Origin: the human T2T-CHM13v2.0 reference genome, Homo sapiens
Length of the DNA stretch: 64,000 nucleotides
NCBI RefSeq assembly: GCF_009914755.1
Contig: NC_060927.1
Direction: 5' to 3' (one strand)
Part shown: piece by piece, positions 25,431 through 41,285 of the stretch
Position numbering within the stretch: the first letter of the stretch is position 1
Layout: each line of letters begins with the position of its first letter
Position numbers and translations under genes: made by a program
Notes under the pieces: generated by a model
What the model saw: only the letters and a program-made list of their open reading frames with translations
What the model was told of the DNA's origin: nothing
The model's database searches: none

Positions 25431-26643
25431 GCACTGTTTTCCAGAAATGAAAGGGAAGGACACATCATTTGGGAAGAGTGGCTGGCCATAGCCTAAGAAT
25501 GATGGCTGACATTTACTGAGCAGTGACTCTGGGCCAGGCACAATGCTAAGTGCTTTTTCGGACATTGCTTTTCAGTCCTTGCCACAGTCCCGAGTCCTGG
25601 ACAAAATCATGAAGTGCATTTTGCACAGGGAGCAGCTGAAGCACAGAGGGGTTAAATGACTTACCCAAGAGCACTCAGCTGTAAGTGGTGAAGCTGAGAG
25701 TTGAACCCTGGTACCTGTTTATTTTAAGTCAACTCTCTCACCAGCTGGCCGAGCTCCTCCCCTTGAGCTCTTCCCACTTGGGCTGGGGACAAGGAGGGAC
25801 ATTTGGGTCACAGGAAAGAGTTCATTGGCCTCTAATGATCATTACCAATGGATTTCACTTTCGGAAAAGAGGTTTGTTGACAAAAGTGCCACATCTGACT
25901 ATTTTGAATTTGAGTGCTTATTTTAATCCTGAAGTTTAAGTTACACACACTGTTTTATTCATGTGAGTGAAAGGACAGAAAATTGTACTTAATACTGCAC
26001 AGATCTGTCACCATTCAGCTTGAATTGATATCTACCCATATCTACTCTTGAAAGTGGTAGGATGCAACCAGGTCTCCTGATGGCTTTGGGCGGTGCTTGT
26101 TCTGAAAATCTTAGAAGACAGAAGTGATTCATCTTCTAGAATTAGATTTCTTATTGAAGTTGAGTTAGTCTGCATAACAAAACTAAAATACCATTGTTTA
26201 AAACACAGTCAATTCCCTTACACCAGGATTTTTTCTTTAGCAGTGTTCTCGAGCTTAACACTTTAGAATCACCAGACAAATTTAAAAGAAATCATGATGC
26301 CTAGGCTGCGCCCCAAAAGACCAGTTATATCTGGATCTCTGGGAGTGACATCCAGGCATGAGCATTTTTCAAAGATCCCCAGGTTATTCCAATATACAGT
26401 GTGGCTGAGAACCAGAACTCTGACATAAAGCAGCTCCTAACAATTCCATGATAATGGTGCCACAAAGTCAACCCAGGTTCTTTCCATCTTTCTGCACTTC
26501 CACCCTCACCCTCAGCACCTGGCATTCATTATCAAGTTTATCACATGGTCCAGTAGAGCTGCTGAAGCTCCAGCCATCACATCCAGATTCCAGGTGGGAG
26601 GAAGACAGAAGGAAGGGAAGAACTAAATGATGTAATGCCTAGC

Positions 26644-27112
26644 CGTGATGGCCTAAATTGTGTCCCTCCTAAATTCATATATTGAAGACCTAACCCCCAA
26701 GGACCCTATATTGGAGATAGGGATTTTAAGAGGTAATTAAGGCTAAATGAGGTCATTAATGGTGGGATCCTAATCTGATAGGATTGGTGGCCTCAGAAAA
26801 AGAGCAAAAGGATCTTTCTCCTCCTCTCTCTCTCTCTCTCTCCCTCTCTCCCCCTCCCTCTCTCTTTCTCCCTCTCCCTCTCCTGCTTCTCTCCATGCCC
26901 CCACTTTCTCCCTCTCTCTGTTCCCTTCCCCTGTGTGAAGACATGGAGAAAAGCAAACCAGGAAGCAAGAAGCAAGCCCTGACCAGCACCTGACCATGCT
27001 GGTACCCTGATCTTACACTTCCAGCCTCCAGAACCATGAGAAACTAAATTTCTGTTGTGTAAGCTTCCCAGTCTGTGGCATTCTTTTATGGCAGCCCTAG
27101 CGGACTAAGACA
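26644..27112 (+). mobile_element. MaLR solo LTR (MLT1A-like) with an internal CT-rich expansion, nested in an older antisense MLT1K-like LTR (~26430-27350)
   Basis: 'aattgtgtccctcctaaattcatatattgaagacctaacccc'...'gcagccctagcggactaagaca'; CT tract ~26817-26930. Confidence 0.85.
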
Positions 27113-27859
27113 GCGGCTGAAGTCTTAGTGGCTGAAGTCAGCCTCCTTTCATCATTCTTCCCAGAAGTTCCAGTGGCACTGCTGTTTATACGTCATTAGC
27201 CAGACATCACCTGGCCACCACTACCTGAAAAAGGGGTGGGTGAATGTTGTCTCTTTGCTGGGTTCATCACCATCTTTAATAAAATCAGGCTTCTATGACC
27301 AAGGAAGAAGGGACAAAAAGCATTTAGGTGGCAACCAGCAGTCTCTGGTTTCAATGCCTTGATGAAAAAGGGAGATGGGGTGCAGGGGTTTGGGAGATGA
27401 GAGTGAGCAAATGAGAGCTATGAGAGCGCCTAGGAGAGGGCACTTTGGAAACAAGGAAATTAAGCTCTGGTAAGCTCTACCACATGTTAGGGAGTGCCAG
27501 GAACAGACGGCAGGATTTCTGCGTGGGAGTTTCCATGGGACCCGGCCTCCCCACCGCCTCTCCACCACATCACATCTGTTGTTAAAGAGGCCCCAGTGTA
27601 GAGTCCAGCTGTTGGAAGAGCAGCCCTTCTATCGGCTTGGCCTTGCAATCACAAATCAGTTTGCTCAGAGGTCCCTGGACAAGCACAGTGACTCAGACGA
27701 GCAGCGTGTTTTTTCAGGCTTTGTCACACACAGGGAATGAACTCTTTGGCAGCCCTCTTCTGAGCCAGCATAGGAAGGGCTTGGGAAAGCTGGAGAAATC
27801 CGAGGTGCACAGACATCTGGCATTGCCCGGAAATACAGACCAGGAGCCTGTCTTTGTTC

Positions 27860-28980
<1,121 letters not shown>

Positions 28981-29925
28981 AGCATAGGGACAGGCAGAGC
29001 ACAGAGCATCTCTCTGTACATGGGTCCATCTGGGTTCTCATGCCATTCAGAGGACTCAGTGGCTATTCAGAAGTTACTCCACAAGGGAGCCAGCCTTCTC
29101 ACACAGGGGAACATGATCCCCAGGAGAGTCAGGAATCAAGGGGACAGACACTAAGATGGACCCACAGCAGAGCCCTTGTGAAGCTCAGAAGAATCAAGAG
29201 AGCCAGGGGACATGATATGCACTAGCTTTGAATTTGGCCAGAAGGGCCAACCAGTGGCTAGCGTGGCATTAACACCCCTTTACTAATGAGTTGAATTAGT
29301 GGCAGCATTATATATATGTGTCTACTTAAAGGGTATGAATTGAGAGACTTTAGGTTCCCTTCTTACCCCCAAAATTGTTTTCCTATCTGAGCTGGATACC
29401 TTTATCTCAGATCCCTTCATAATCACCCAGTTTTTTCAGTTGCATCATATGAGGCCAGTAATAAGACACAAGTGGTGTCATTCATTCTTCTGCATATCAA
29501 GTTAGAAGCCTCAGAATTATCTTCTTTCTCTCTCTCGGTTGTATCTTCTAAATGTCTCGCATATCATCAGGCTTCACTCTTCTAGCCTGGATCAACGTAA
29601 TAGCTGCCTAACTGGTCACCTGATTGATGGCAGTTGGTCCTCACCTGGTTTCCACGGTGACTGCCAGGACACACATCTCATTGTAATGGACAGTGATGGT
29701 TTTGTCTGCCAAGAAGGGCAACTGTCTTCTATCAGCCCCTCTCTGCATGGCATGTGGCTTTTGATGGGGCTGCTGATCCTGGGCCTCTGGCCCCGGCCAC
29801 AAGTGGGCAGATGACTGGTGTGGGCTAATCAGAGAATGCCACCATTCCAGCTCCAGAGATTTAGTCAGTGACTGACATGCCAGGAGTAGAGAGCTTGCCC
29901 TTTCCCCCTGAAGTTCAACATTTCT

Positions 29926-30004
29926 GTAGGTTGGTGCAAAAGTTATTGTGGTTTTGCTATCACCTTCAAAGGCAAAAACCACAATTACTTTTACACCATC
30001 CTAA
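29926..30004. mobile_element. MADE1 (Hsmar1-derived mariner MITE), palindromic
   Basis: taggttggtgcaaaagttattgtggttttgc...ggcaaaaaccacaattacttttacaccatccta followed by 'ata'. Confidence 0.92.
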
Positions 30005-31319
30005 TAGCTGATTGAGCCAATAGCTAAGAGATTAACCAGGCAAAAAAAGAAAGGAAAAGTGCCCCAGGCAGAGGACACAGCTCGTGCAAAGGCCTGGTGG
30101 CAAAAGGGAGCATGGAGCACACCAGGCATGAAGAGGAGGCCAGCACAGCTGCAGTGGGAATGAAGAGGGCCACAGGGAGCAGGTGGCATGACGTCTGTTC
30201 ACAGCGGCAGAAGCAGTAATGGTGACAGTGCAGCAAACATTTAAAAATGGACCCATATGCTGGGCATTGTCCTAACCGCTTTACAGGCAGTCACCCGTTT
30301 AAACCTACAGTAATGCAATGAGGTAGGTATCATTAGCATTCCAATTTGACCTATGAGGGAAGTAAGACAAAAACAGGTACTTTTCTGAAGTTCTATATAG
30401 TGCATGAGATGAGATGGAGAGAGAGAGACAGGAAGGAGCAAATACAGCATGTGATGAACAGTGACAAATTATTCACAGACCAGTCACTAGCCCCAAGCAC
30501 ACACCCCATGACACTGGGCAGTGTCACCAGTTGGTTTGGCCAGAAGAGCTCATGGCTGACACGCTTTTCCCCACCAAAGCCATGGGTAATGTTGGCATTA
30601 ACCAGCACTCCCCACCAAGATGCTTTTGGTAGAGGTGCACCCCCGCACCCCCTCTGTAGATTTACCCTACCTCCTCTGGAGAACCAAATAGGCACTACCA
30701 TGAGGTCAGAGTCCTCAGAGCATTGAGGGGAAGCATTCATTACCCATCGGCTCCATAAAGCACTGAAGTGGGGCAGCCAAGTGCCTGACCCGTAATTGGA
30801 GACTCAGCCCCGTAGCCCGCTCTGCCCCCATGCAGAGCAGGTTCCTGGATTCACTTCCCATTCCTTCTGCTGCTTTTCCACATGGCTGGATTTATTTTCA
30901 AAACAATTTATAGTTACATTAAATATTAAAGGCACTTTGCAGGTGGTGTTTACTGTTTGAAAAGTTAACAAATGTATGTTGTGCCGTATGAAATGGCAAA
31001 AACCAATTTGGAGCGCTTGATGGCTTGGGCTGGGTGATAGCAACGTGACAACTATTTCCATATTTTAATGAGGCAGCTTCTTCAGAGCAGCGCTGTTACG
31101 TGATTGGGTGAGAGGGTCACACAGTGCAGACTAAGCGCGAGTGCCAGGGATAGAAAGGCCACCGCTAGCCTCAGCGCTGCTCCCCGTAGCTGTTTGTGAA
31201 GCCCAGGGCTACATGGTGGCCTATTTTATGATAATAACTTCACAGTCCTGTAGTTCTTATGGGGCCTTCACCCTGTGCCTGGTGCTGTGATGAGCACTCT
31301 CTGTTCTTCTATGATAGAC

Positions 31320-31690
31320 TTATCCATTCCTTCTAGACTCGTTTATGGAACGCACACGCTGTGCCAGGCATTGTGCACAGAGAGACCCAGTTCCTGCCCT
31401 CTTGGAGTTTATATGACATGAGCTGAAGACAGACAAGAAGCAAGTAAGTAGACTCAAAAATAAGGGAGTTGTAGATTGTCATTAGCAGCTGAAGGAAATA
31501 AGTGAATGTAGTGACAAGGATTAACGGGAGATGGGGCAGGGTTGGTGAAGAAGGCCTCTCTGAGAAGGTGCCATTTAAGCTGAAGCCTAAAAGATAGCAG
31601 CTCAGCTGTGGGGAGAGCCAAGGGCATTCCAGGCAGATGGAACCGTAAGTGCAAAGGCCCTGAGGCAGAAAACAGCCCAGCAATTGACAG
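31320..31690 (-). mobile_element. L2 fragment
   Basis: 'gaaggcctctctgagaaggtgccatttaagctgaagcc', 'gcaaaggccctgaggcag'. Confidence 0.75.
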
Positions 31691-33074
31691 CAGGCTGGAG
31701 CCATCCTAGAGCCCCTAGCACAGAAGAGAGGGTGGCTGATATTAGAAATCTGCATTTTACAGATAAGAAATCCACAGCTTAGAGAGGTTAATTTTTCTAA
31801 CTGAGGTTACCTAGCCAATTAATGCAGAGTTTCTGATTGGGTAGGTCTGAGGTGAAGCCTGCATATTTGCATTTCTAACAAGCTCCCAAGTGATGCTGAT
31901 GGCTGTTGTCTGCAGACCACACTGCTTGACACTGAGGCTAATTCAGATTGTGTGCTGTTGTCATAAGAAGGAAACAGAAGCCATACGCAATGACATCCCT
32001 AGTTCTGACCTGTGCCAGACACTGATGTTTGTGCTTATATATATTATAGATAGTGTATTTTCAAAGCAACCCTTTGAGGTAGGTATTATTTTTATCTGCA
32101 TATCTCTATTTCTACAGATAGAGAAACTGAGGCACAGAGAGGCAAAGCACTTTTCCTAAATTTGCACAGCTGGTGGGTGACCAAGCTGGAATTTGAACCT
32201 AGCACCCGGCCTCTCGGGTCTGCCATCCTGCCCCTCTGAGGGAAGCACTTCTGATCTCCATGTCTCTGGTGCCATTCACTCAAGTAATTACTAATTAAAT
32301 TTCATAACTAACCCTGCAGTCGGCCGCCTCCCTGGTCTTTGTGGCACTGAGTTTGCAAGTCCTGCCTTACTCTGAAGGTTCCTTTTGTTTTCCTGCTCTC
32401 CTTCCCTGATTAGTTCAAGCACATATTCAAAGGAGCACACATTCCCTGAGCTCCTTCTGACTGATGGGTGTTGTCACAGGCTTCTGGAGAGAGCTTGTCT
32501 GCAATGACTTCTCCGTGGATAATGGACGTCGACTTGGCTGCATTTCTCACGCCTTCCCCTTGTGTTTAGCAATCTCACATTTTTGGAGATGTTGTTGGAG
32601 CATCTGTGATGAACCAGGGGCTGGAATGAGAGCTTTGCAAACCCTCGAACCTGTGCTTTTGGGGAGGTGTTATCAGTCCTACTCTATAGATGGAGAAACT
32701 GACATGCAGAGAGGCAAAGAAAATTGTTCTGGGTCTCATAACTGACAAGGGATGGTGCCAGGATCTAATCCCACGGTTGGATTAGTAGATCCTGAGCCCT
32801 ATCTACTTCATATACTCTCTGGCCCCATCAGGATTATCTGTAATGAGAGGCTCAGGAGGCCCAGGGTCAGGACCACATAGCTGGTGTCAGAAGGGTCCAG
32901 GACAGGGGGTCCATCGCAACAGGAGAATAAGCAGATCGTGGAAGGTCAGGCATGGAAGCCACACAGCACTCAGCCTTCTAAATCCTCCTATGTGCGTCTT
33001 TTGATAGACGGGGAAACTGAGCCCCCTGGGGTGGGAAAGGTTCATTTCTAATTAATTACTCTTCTCTCTCTCTC

Positions 33075-33653
33075 TTTTTTTTTTTTTTAATAATTTCAAC
33101 TTTAGATGGAGGGGGTACACGTGCAGGTTTGTTACCTGGGTATATTGCATGATGCTGAGGTTTGGGGTACAATTCATCCCATCACCCCCATACTGAGCAT
33201 AGTACCCACAGTTAGTTTTTCAAACCTTGTCCTCCTCCCTCTCTGCTCTAGTACTCTCCAGTGTCTATTGCTGCCATCTTTATGTCCATGAGTGCCCGAT
33301 GTTTAGCTTCTACTTATAAGTGAGAACATGCGGTATTTGGTTTTCTGTTCCTGCATTAATTTGCTTAGGATAATGGCCTTCAGCTGCATCCATGTTGCTG
33401 CAAAGGACATAATTTTGTTCATTTTTTATGGCTGTGTAGTATTCCACAATGTATACGTACCACATTTTCTTTATCCAGTCCACCATTGATGGGCATTTAA
33501 CTTGATTCCATGTCTTTGCTATTGTGAATAGTGCTGCAATGAACATTCAAGTGCATGTATCTTTTTGGTAGAATAATTTCTTTTGGATATATACCCAGTA
33601 ATGGGATTGCTGGGTTGAATGGTAGCTCTGTGTTAAGTTCTTTGAGAATTTCT
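33075..33653 (-). mobile_element. L1PA15-17-type 3' end (5'-truncated)
   Basis: Poly-T tail, 3'UTR and ORF2 C-terminal remnant (ORF 33310-33546 'MFIAALFTIAKTWNQ...WIKKMWY'). Confidence 0.93.
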
Positions 33654-33674
33654 CTTCTTTATAATACATTAATC

Positions 33675-33872
33675 CAGGCTTTCTCCACCTTGGCACTATT
33701 GACATTTTGGGCCAAATAATTCTTTGTTTTAGAAGACTGTCCTACACCCTGTAAGATGGCTAGTGGCAACCCTGACCTCTACCCACCAGAGGCCAGTTGC
33801 ACCTCCCTGGCCCCTGGCCAGGTTGTAACAACTAGCAATGTCTTCAGATTGGAGGCTGGTTGAAAACCCCTG
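33675..33872 (-). mobile_element. MER20
   Basis: 'ggcactattgacattttgggcc'; TSD cattaatc/cattcatc. Confidence 0.85.
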
Positions 33873-35094
33873 CATTCATCTGACCAGGCCCCTTGCTGGC
33901 TTACAATTCTTCAAGTTTCCCATAGTTTTTCTGGATAAAAGCAAAACTCCTTTGCTGGATCTATAAAACCTTCAATGATATGGCCCTGCTAATATAATTC
34001 AAGACACTTGTCTCTAGCCAGCACCCTCCCCAACGCCCAGAGAAAAAAATAATAGCTGACAAATACTGAGTACTTCCTAAGTGCGAGGCATTGTTCTAAG
34101 TATAAGTGCACTCCAAGGGTCACCATCTGTATGTCATAGCTGAGAAAATTGAAGTCTCTAGAGTTTAAGAAATGTGCGCAGGGCCACATGGTTAGCCCCT
34201 GGCAGATCTCCAGTTTGAATCCTGGCATTCTGACCTTGCCCCCAGCCCCTTTGCTTAACATACATAATAGGAACGATCGTTGCTCGAGCTTCTATCAATG
34301 CCGTTCCCTGAGGATGAAGCCCCACCCTGCTTCTCTGCACCGCTGACTCCTCTCACCCTCACTGTTCCCGGACAGTGGAGACAGCGTCTCTTTCGTTGCT
34401 CATCAAATCCTATGCCTGGCACAGCCCCAAGCTCAGCCAGTGTTTGTAACTCACCGGGTGTGTCAGCCCAGGACTCACCTCTCCTGGCAGGGCTGTCTTC
34501 ATAAGGGATGATTTGCTTGACCAAAACAAACTCACTTGCGCTAACTTAAACACAGGGAAAGCAATCCTGAGGAGTTAGGTTATCTTGCAGGTCACAAGGA
34601 CAAGAATTCATCTGGGTATCCTCTAGTTTAAGACTAGAAATTCCTCACAACAGACTGGTGCTGGGAATTGGAAAGCTGGCAGGAAGCAAATGGGCTCTTC
34701 CTCCTCTCTCTTTGGGTTCTTAAGGAGCACTTTTCTCCTTCTCTGCTTCATTTGCCTGCTTTTTGCTGTAGACCAGCCCCCAGCTCTCTGTTTGCACACC
34801 AGAACATGTGACTCCCAAATGCCTCCCCAGCACGGCCACCCCAACCACCCCAGCACAGGCAGCTCCAGCCCAAGTCTATGCACCTTAAAGGTTTAGTCCA
34901 CGAAGCGACTTGATTTGTAAGTCTGAGCCCTAAGGCCAGGTCACTGGGAGGGAAATCCCATTGGCCCTGCTTGGTCAGGGGGTCACAACCTGGCTACAGA
35001 TGACTCACTGGGGACTCTGGGAATAATCTCTCTCAAAAGGTAAAGTGGACAGGGACAGAGAAGATGATTAAGAAAGGAATAGAAATCCAGGGGA

Positions 35095-35432
<338 letters not shown>

Positions 35433-37854
35433 TTATGACAGAGGAAACAATGAGGTGAAAGAAAGGCCCAGTGTCTCAGATCGCCCTGGCTGTCCCCTGA
35501 GTTGAGGACACATCTCTTTCCTCCTTCTAAGAAGAGGCCTTGTCACTTTGTTCTTGCTGGCAGAGCTGGAAAGGCTTGAAGGAGACCACCCAGTGAGGTC
35601 ACCACACAGTCCTCTTTGCTGCCCCCCATCCTCCCTGCTTTATGGTACCCAAGTCAGGGCTGCTGACCAACCACTGAGTGTCTTGACAAGTCTCAGAGAA
35701 GAGATGGACAAGGTACAAAAGTCCTCCGGCTGTTCGGCTGGGAATGGGCTCCCTAATTATGTTCTCAGCCCATACGCCCTGTGGCCACAGCTTCCAGTTA
35801 ACTAGCAGCAGCCAGAGGGGTGGGGCAGGGGCAGACAGACCAGGTTCCAGGTAATTGTGGCCAAGCCGGAGCTGAACACAGAATGTGGAGGGTGTGCTGG
35901 CTTCTGGACACCCCAGATTATGGCTCTGGTGTTGTGTCTATATGATGCAACCAGGGTGTGTATCTTCCCCCCAGGGAAAGGCCCTCCCCACTCCAACCAC
36001 CACCACAGGTGGTGTGGAGAACTTGCTAGATGCACGCAGTATCTTCTTCCTCCTTCTCAGGGGCCCTGCTGAGCCCAGAAGACCTAATTATATTTAGCGG
36101 GTTGCAGTTTAGGACTTGCGGTTAGGCAGGAAAGTGTGTGATTCTCCAAGTGTGGTTCCCCCTAATACCTGCATCTGAATCCCCTGGGGAGCTTATAAAA
36201 ATGCAGCTTTCTGGGCCCCACCTTTGACCTATAGAATCAGAATCTCTGGATTGGTGGGGCCCAGGAGTCTGTACTTTAATAAACTTACTCTCTCCCCTCT
36301 GCTGCACATCAATCGTGTGCACACCAGTGATTCTGTTGTACTCAAAAGTTTAAGGACCGAAAATCACTGGCACAGTGGTTAAAAGCTTGGTGTCTAAACT
36401 TGGAGCCTGACTCTCTTATTAGCTGGCCCTGTGGCCAAATTAGTTACGATGCTTCATCTCAGTTCCCTCACCTGTAAAATGGGCATAAACACAGCATGCA
36501 TGTCATAGAGTTACTGGAAGCACTCAGTGCCCTTAGCTGTAAATAGTGAGCACTGCCTAATGATAGCTGTCATGCTTTGTTGTGGTGGAGGACAGAGAGG
36601 ATATGAAAGCTGTGAAGGCCAAAGACTAGAAGCCAACCCAGACTTAAGTCTAGAGCTGGCGGACTGGGGTGCCAGGGAAGAATGATCTCTGAGCAGAGCA
36701 CAGCAAAGATGAGATGTCATCCAGGGCAAGGCCCAGAGGAGGTCACGTGCTGTAAAGTCCCTGCAGTGAGACAGCATGGGGCACCTAGGGACGAGAGCCA
36801 GACACAGTCAAGGGCAAGAAAGACAGGTAGGCAGGAGCCAGACTGGGAGAGGCCTGGTAGACCAAGGCGTGGGCACTTGATCCTGTGAATGATGAAGGGT
36901 CATGTAGGTTACATTTGCACACTGTTACACCTTTAGACACGGGCACCTGAGGTTCTTGCTTAGGGTGTGATTTATAGGGCTCTACCCTGGAGCCCACTGC
37001 CTCCCCGACAACCTGGTTGAGGAGTGGTGATACCTAAGGATTCGCCACCTGGAACCTACATCCACTTCTTTATGCATCATGCTTTACATACTTGGAACTC
37101 CTGCTCCAAACATCCTGAGCCTACCTTTAGGGTCTGTGCACACCTCTTTCTCTTGTCCCTCTTCCTTCTCCAGGGAGGCTGCTACAGCTTTTGTCCAGCA
37201 GGCCAATCTGAGAGGCAACCGTGTGTGTACAGGAGGGGTGGGCAACTCTTGGACTTGCAGTCTGTGGGGTCCACATGCGTGGGGCTGGAGATGGGCCTTG
37301 CACCCTCCTTTGTGCTCTTCTCCCAGGTTGCAGTAGGTATCGGGGCAGGACTGCTGCAGATTTGCTCTCTGGCTTGCCAGAAGGGAATGGACTAGGCGAG
37401 GCCTCCAGACTCAAGGCCTGCAGACCTGTTATGAGCCTGTTGCCAAAATCCCAGCCAAAGAAAATGGTGGCTTCTGGCTAAGTTGTGGTGGCTAGGAGTG
37501 GGGGAAGGTGACTGATTCAAGAACTATTCAGTAGGTGGCCTCATACTGTTCCCTGTCTTGTCTTTGACTGCTCATGGGAACCAATCCACCATTCCACAGG
37601 GAGGAGGAGAAAGTAATTTGAAGCTAGCAGGGTTAGATGCAGAAACAATAGGCTTATCCAGACTATACAGAAAAAGGTAAAAGAAAAAAAAATCAGTGAC
37701 ACACAAAAGCTAATACAATATTACCTCACTTGCAGAAGAGCATTGCTGAAAGACAGGACCTCTGGTGCATGGCAAAGACTGAAGAAGAGAGAAGTTGGGG
37801 AGGGAAGCTTTGAGTTTATGTGAGACTAAGGCTAGGTAGCAATCTCATGCCTTC

Positions 37855-38955
<1,101 letters not shown>

Positions 38956-39039
38956 TTCAAACTATTTCTTGGAAAAATCTCACTTTTTCACTTAAAACGG
39001 TATCAAGGATATCTGTTCAAATATAATATCTAATAATAT

Positions 39040-39270
39040 AAATAATGCTACCTTTTTAGTACTTAGAGTATGCCCAGAAATTGTGCTAAGCAGTTTGCAA
39101 GCATCAACTCATTTCCATTTACTCTTTACAAAAGAACCTGTGTGAGGTAGGTACATGTACCCCAATCTGCAGATGAAGGCACAGAGAGGTTAAACTGCTT
39201 GCCCAAGGATACACAGCTACTTAGGTGATCCAGCCAGTTTTGAACTCAGACACTCTGACTCTAGAGCCCG
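39040..39270 (-). mobile_element. MIR SINE
   Basis: 'gaggtaggtac...gcacagagaggttaaactgcttgcccaaggatacacagcta'. Confidence 0.8.
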
Positions 39271-39861
39271 CATGTTTCGTAGTAACCAAAAGTATGGAAG
39301 TCCCAAGATGTCTGTGAATAAATATACCTTGAGTAGGTTTTAAGGACTAAAGTGGTATATAGGGCTTTGCTTAGGAAAAATTGCAACATAAATTTGGGTA
39401 GGTGATTTATGTAGCCATGAATCTTTCTCACCATAAGTAATCTGTGGTCTTGGTGTACCTGTTGTGTTTTTGCACAGGCCTTCTAGCACCCCCCAAAAAA
39501 CTGAAAGACCAGAGAAGATTAGCTGTTCACCTGCACACTCTTTTGAGACTCTCGGTGAATACCAAGGGTTTCCCTGCCAAACTGTGAAGAATGCCTTCTC
39601 TAACCCACTTCAATCCACCTTCTGTCTTCTTATCTGCTGTTTCATAACCCCATAGTTTTCCTGTAGCCATGTATCCCAATTGGTAATGATCTGTTTGTCA
39701 ACTGGATTGCTCAGATCCCTGCTCCCCGACTAGATCACGTCAGGTCTAGTTGCTCCTTGAGAACAGGGAACCTGGCTGTTTGCATTCATCCTTGTGTCCT
39801 CTGAACCTAGGACAGTGCCCAGTACACTGTAGCTCTCGTAAATGCTGGTTGAGTGAATGAC

Positions 39862-40871
39862 TGTGAAGTAGATACTCTCAGAGCTCTGCACCTAACCCCT
39901 TCACTGTTTCTGTGCACACCAGCTCCTGAGGGACTCTGTTTCCTACCAGTCTGTCCCTGCACTTCTTCATTAGGGGCTGCTCTCAGGCAGCTAGAGCCTT
40001 GCTGCACCAGTCAAGTGCTGGCGATGCCTGAAAATGTATGCCCCTCTGGGGACAGCCCTTAACCAGTGACAGGTGGTGAGAATTGCAAGTAGAAATACTT
40101 CGTCATATCACCCCTCATCAGGACACCCAAGATGCACCCCGTTTCCGAAGGTTCCCTGCAAGATTGAATCTAAAGTACCCTTCCTGGCAGGGGTCTCCAA
40201 CCCCCAGGCCATGGACCAGTACCTGTCCATGGCTTGTTAGGAACCAGGCCGCACAGCCGGAGGTGAGGCTGGTGAGAGAGTTAATTTTCACCTGTATTTA
40301 CGGCCACTCCCCAACACTTGCATTACCACCTGAGCTCCACCTCCTGTCAGATCAGCAGCAGCATTAGATCCTCACAGGAGCGCAAACCCTATTGTGAACT
40401 GCACATGCAAGGAATCTAGGTTGCCCGCTCCTTATGACAATCTAATGCTGGATGATCTGTCACTATCTCTCATCACCCCAAGATGGGACTGTCTAATTGC
40501 AAGAAAACAAGCTCAGGACTCCCGCTGATTCTATATTATGGTGAGTTGTATAATTATTTCTTTATATATTGCAATGTAATAATAATAGAAATAAAGTGCA
40601 CAATAAATGTAATGTGCTTGAATTGTCCCAAAACCATCTCCTCACCCTCCTGGTCCACGGAAAAATTGCCTTCCATGAAACTGGTCCTTGGTGCGAAAAA
40701 GGTTGGGGACCGTTGCTTCATGGGACTTGGCTTGCCACTATACCCCTGCTTGCTCCCTTCCCCTTCCCATCTGACTTCCCCACCACCCTGTGTTTTTCCC
40801 TGCAACACTTCCTCATACAGCAGGCATATCTTTGCCTCTGGGTCTGCTCCTGGGAAACTAGACCTAAGACA
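39862..40871 (+). mobile_element. ERVL solo LTR (LTR33-like) interrupted by MER1A
   Basis: End 'gggtctgctcctgggaaactagacctaagaca'; continuous across the MER1A TSD. Confidence 0.7.
40188..40715 (+). mobile_element. MER1A, full length
   Basis: TIRs caggggtctccaa...ttggggaccgttg; TSD cttcctgg/cttcatgg. Confidence 0.93.
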
Positions 40872-41075
40872 GTTTGGAACTGTGTCTCCCTATGAGGCGT
40901 CACCCCTCATGCCTTATAGACACTTCATGTTTGTTGAATGAATGATACCAGGATCTCATTTGTAATCCTAGAGCACTCGGGCAAGATTTAAGGAGTGGAA
41001 TGGCTAAGAAAGACACTGTTCCAACAATATTCTCTAGAAACCTTGATAATGAAGACCTCTGGGAGAGTGGTATCA

Positions 41076-41285
41076 CCAGTGGAAGGCTGGAGCTGGTTCC
41101 TTCTGGCTTGTGGGAGCCAATTGTTCCACATTCTGGAATTTCATAGGCCACTTGTTAGATGCTAAGGAGCTTGAAATTGGCCATGGTAGGAGTATTTACA
41201 CCACAGAAATTGGCAGATGCTCCAAATCACAGCTATTCCCATCCCTCCTCTACCTTCAGGGAGCCAGTTTACTCCACACCACTGG
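41076..41285. mobile_element. MER63A (hAT-Blackjack)
   Basis: TIRs ccagtgg...ccactgg; 'ttgaaattggccatggtaggagtatttacaccacagaaattggca'. Confidence 0.85.

Noticed and set aside
33310-33546. ORF with real protein similarity (L1 ORF2p C-terminus)
   Set aside because: Remnant of a 5'-truncated L1, not a functional CDS
40483-40941. 152-aa ORF and the similar peptide at 11969-12175 ('CNNN..KVHNKCN.LE')
   Set aside because: The similarity comes from the two MER1A copies, not a gene family
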